From Octopus bimaculoides (taxonomy: Eukaryota), in the NCBI RefSeq assembly GCF_001194135.2, contig NC_068989.1, positions 29,786,009-29,835,378 on the forward strand: a stretch of 49,370 nucleotides of DNA, read 5' to 3'. A program made the translations under genes and the position numbers. Every line of letters begins with the position of its first letter. Positions within the stretch are counted from its first letter, which is position 1. Of this stretch, positions 48,921-49,370 are shown piece after piece. The notes under the pieces are model-generated. The model had not been told where the DNA came from and made no database searches. It saw nothing but the letters and a program-made list of their open reading frames with translations.

Positions 48921-49370
48921 GTATATTCCTTCAGGATCCGGCTATATAAATAAGAAATCCCTTCTAAATTGTCTCACAATCTATTCTACTGACATAACTA
49001 CGACAAGGTTTCTCCAAGATATGGACAGCTAAGATACATTTTATTTTTTCTATTCCCTCAACATTTTCTCAATTTTTTTGCGTTCCCACCCACCTCCGTT
49101 CTTCATTACCTTTCTGTTTCTCTCCATGTAATTCAATTGAACTTCGTTTTTGTCTTAAATTCATACTTATTCATTTTCCTTACTTTATTCAAATTTTATC
49201 CTTCCTTTAAAATTACGATTTAAGCTTAACCATCTTTCCTTTGTACAATTTCGTCCTAAATTCATGCTATTTATTTATTCTATTTACTTAGGTTTCATTG
49301 CTCCTTTAAAAATTACGATTTAAGCACTGTTGTCTCTCACATATTTAGAATCTACGATTAAGAAGTCTCT

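Noticed and set aside
42780-49370. Search for the upstream ankyrin-repeat exon of ANKZF1
   Set aside because: No TLLH-AA or GADP-type exon ending in phase 2 was found by eye; it is presumably beyond the window.

Overview
Eukaryotic, AT-rich, repeat-dense scaffold with N gaps. The repeat families (GAT-tailed RTE LINEs, tRNA-derived SINEs, TTAA MITEs) look like those of octopus genomes, so a coleoid cephalopod source is inferred. The only host gene I can support is missed by the ORF track. It is the 3' part of ANKZF1/Vms1 on the minus strand: five short exons (42669-42777, 18289-18375, 10378-10491, 9338-9405, 6846-6963) with canonical GT-AG sites and consistent phases, encoding about 164 C-terminal residues that end in the Cys/His treble-clef finger. 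Upstream exons were not found in the window. The introns and 3' flank hold decayed transposons: several RTE LINEs, a Tx1/L1-type LINE, CR1-like pieces, four kinds of Penelope-like elements (including an AT-rich Naiad-type copy), mariner remnants, a DD36E Tc1, a piggyBac derivative with perfect TIRs, a MULE remnant and SINEs. The most interesting signals are a family-level variant minimal hammerhead ribozyme (CUGUUGA core) in Penelope pseudo-LTRs, 66-bp double-hairpin arrays in RTE 3' UTRs, a 26-bp palindromic minisatellite composite, two long fold-back structures in the ANKZF1 pre-mRNA, and the DD36E Tc1. All family assignments come from motif recognition by eye; no database search was run.
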